Assembly: GCA_050014435.1 (NCBI GenBank)
Contig: JBEKDI010000008.1
Span: 13,458 to 77,457, forward strand
Reading direction: 5' to 3'
DNA: 64,000 bases
Source of the DNA: Verrucomicrobiota bacterium
GTDB taxonomy: Bacteria; Verrucomicrobiota; Verrucomicrobiia; Limisphaerales; Palsa-1400
Position numbers and translations under genes: made by a program. Positions 62,883 through 64,000 of the stretch are shown here, in pieces. Every line of letters starts with the position of its first letter. Position 1 is the stretch's first letter. The notes beneath the pieces are model-generated. The model had not been told where the DNA came from. It ran no database searches and worked only from the letters and a program-made list of their open reading frames with translations.

Positions 62883-64000
62883 ATGAACCGCATTCGATTG
62901 TTGCCGGAGCAAGTGGCCAACCAAATCGCCGCCGGCGAAGTGGTCGAACGGCCGGCCAGCGTGGTCAAGGAATTGGTTGAAAATTCCCTGGACGCCGACG
63001 CGGCCCGGCTGACAATCGAGATACAGGCCGGCGGACGCAGCCTGGTTCGGGTCACTGATGACGGCTTGGGCATGAGCCGGGACGATGCGTTGCTTTGCCT
63101 GGAACGCCACGCCACCAGCAAAATAGTCCGCGCGGAGGATTTGAGTTCCATCGCCACGCTAGGTTTCCGCGGCGAAGCCCTGCCCAGCATCGCCAGCGTC
63201 AGCCGTTTCACCCTGACCACGCGGGAGCGGGGCGACGACAGTCCGGAAGGCACGCAGATCGTGATCAACGGCGGGAAAATCCTGGCCGTCAAGGCCGGCG
63301 GCGGCCCGCCCGGCACGACGGTGGAAGTCCGCCAGCTTTTTTTCAATTTGCCGGCCCGCCGCAAATTTCTGCGCAGCGAAGAGACAGAATCGGCCCACAT
63401 TCAGCATTACCTCACCCTGGCGGCACTGGCGTTTCCCGCCGTGGCTATCGAGTTCGTGAAAGACTCCCGCCTGGTCTGGCAATTGCCCGCCGTCAAAACC
63501 GCGGACAAATGGCTGGCCGTCCGCGAGCGGTTGCGCTCCCTGCAAGGAGGCGATGAGAAACTGTTGGCCGTCGATTTTTCCGCCCAATTTCCGCCGGTCA
63601 TTGAGGAGGACGAATCGGAGACGGCCGCCGCGCCGGGGTCTTTTGCCTTTTGGGGGCTGATCGGCGCGCCGGGTGTGTCCAGATCGACGCGGCAGGACCA
63701 GCGCGTATTTGTCAACCGGCGGCCCGTGGAAAACCGCGGCATAAATTTCGCCCTGCTCGAAGGCTATCATACTGCGCTGATGAAAGGGCGCTATCCGGTG
63801 TGCTGCCTGTTTGTGGAGGTGGATGCCGCCGAGGTGGACGTGAACATACATCCCGCGAAACGCGAGGTGAAGTTTCATCGCGAGAAAGCCGTGCGCCAAT
63901 GGATCGGCCAGGCGGTGCGCGAGACCCTGCTGAAATTCCACGCTCCCGCTCCCGCAGCCAGGCCCGCCCCCATCACGCCGCCCACACCCGCGCCGCAGGC
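62883..64000 (+). CDS. mutL: DNA mismatch repair protein MutL (runs off window end)
   Basis: MNRIRLLPEQVANQIAAGEVVERPASVVKELVENSLDA, HATSK, GFRGEAL, VDVNIHPAKREV. Confidence 0.96.
   Translation, partial: MNRIRLLPEQVANQIAAGEVVERPASVVKELVENSLDADAARLTIEIQAGGRSLVRVTDDGLGMSRDDALLCLERHATSKIVRAEDLSSIATLGFRGEALPSIASVSRFTLTTRERGDDSPEGTQIVINGGKILAVKAGGGPPGTTVEVRQLFFNLPARRKFLRSEETESAHIQHYLTLAALAFPAVAIEFVKDSRLVWQLPAVKTADKWLAVRERLRSLQGGDEKLLAVDFSAQFPPVIEEDESETAAAPGSFAFWGLIGAPGVSRSTRQDQRVFVNRRPVENRGINFALLEGYHTALMKGRYPVCCLFVEVDAAEVDVNIHPAKREVKFHREKAVRQWIGQAVRETLLKFHAPAPAARPAPITPPTPAPQ

Overview
GC-rich bacterial chromosome segment whose gene content and protein styles point to Verrucomicrobiota (Pedosphaera-like; inferred from the sequence only). 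The left 31 kb is almost all minus-strand. It runs from a Zn metalloprotease and an exosortase/EpsI/priming glycosyltransferase/UDP-GlcA decarboxylase block into a tightly packed run of more than 23 kb. That run holds an Akkermansia Amuc_1098-1101-type pilus/secretion module (PilM-N fusion, Amuc_1100-like, accessory protein, secretin), a stand-alone 5'-3' exonuclease and four large secreted proteins, the last a >2,680-aa Calx-beta/delta-60 protein running off the left edge. The middle holds an HtrA-like protease plus a pseudo-protease, a SAM-I riboswitch over a threonine-synthase-like/MoaD/NIL operon, housekeeping genes (HU, purU, rhlE, rsgA, engB, mscL), transporters, M20 hydrolases, a vapBC pair and a fluoride-riboswitch crcB operon. 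A ~5.2 kb tyrosine-integrase island sits in the 3' end of tRNA-Asp (27-bp duplication) and carries unusual Zn-ribbon/membrane/peptidase cargo. The right end has a candidate sRNA, a DsrE/F/H-like triad, a cNMP histidine kinase and the start of mutL. No CRISPR array or rRNA was seen. All family calls come from reading motifs by eye; no database searches were run.
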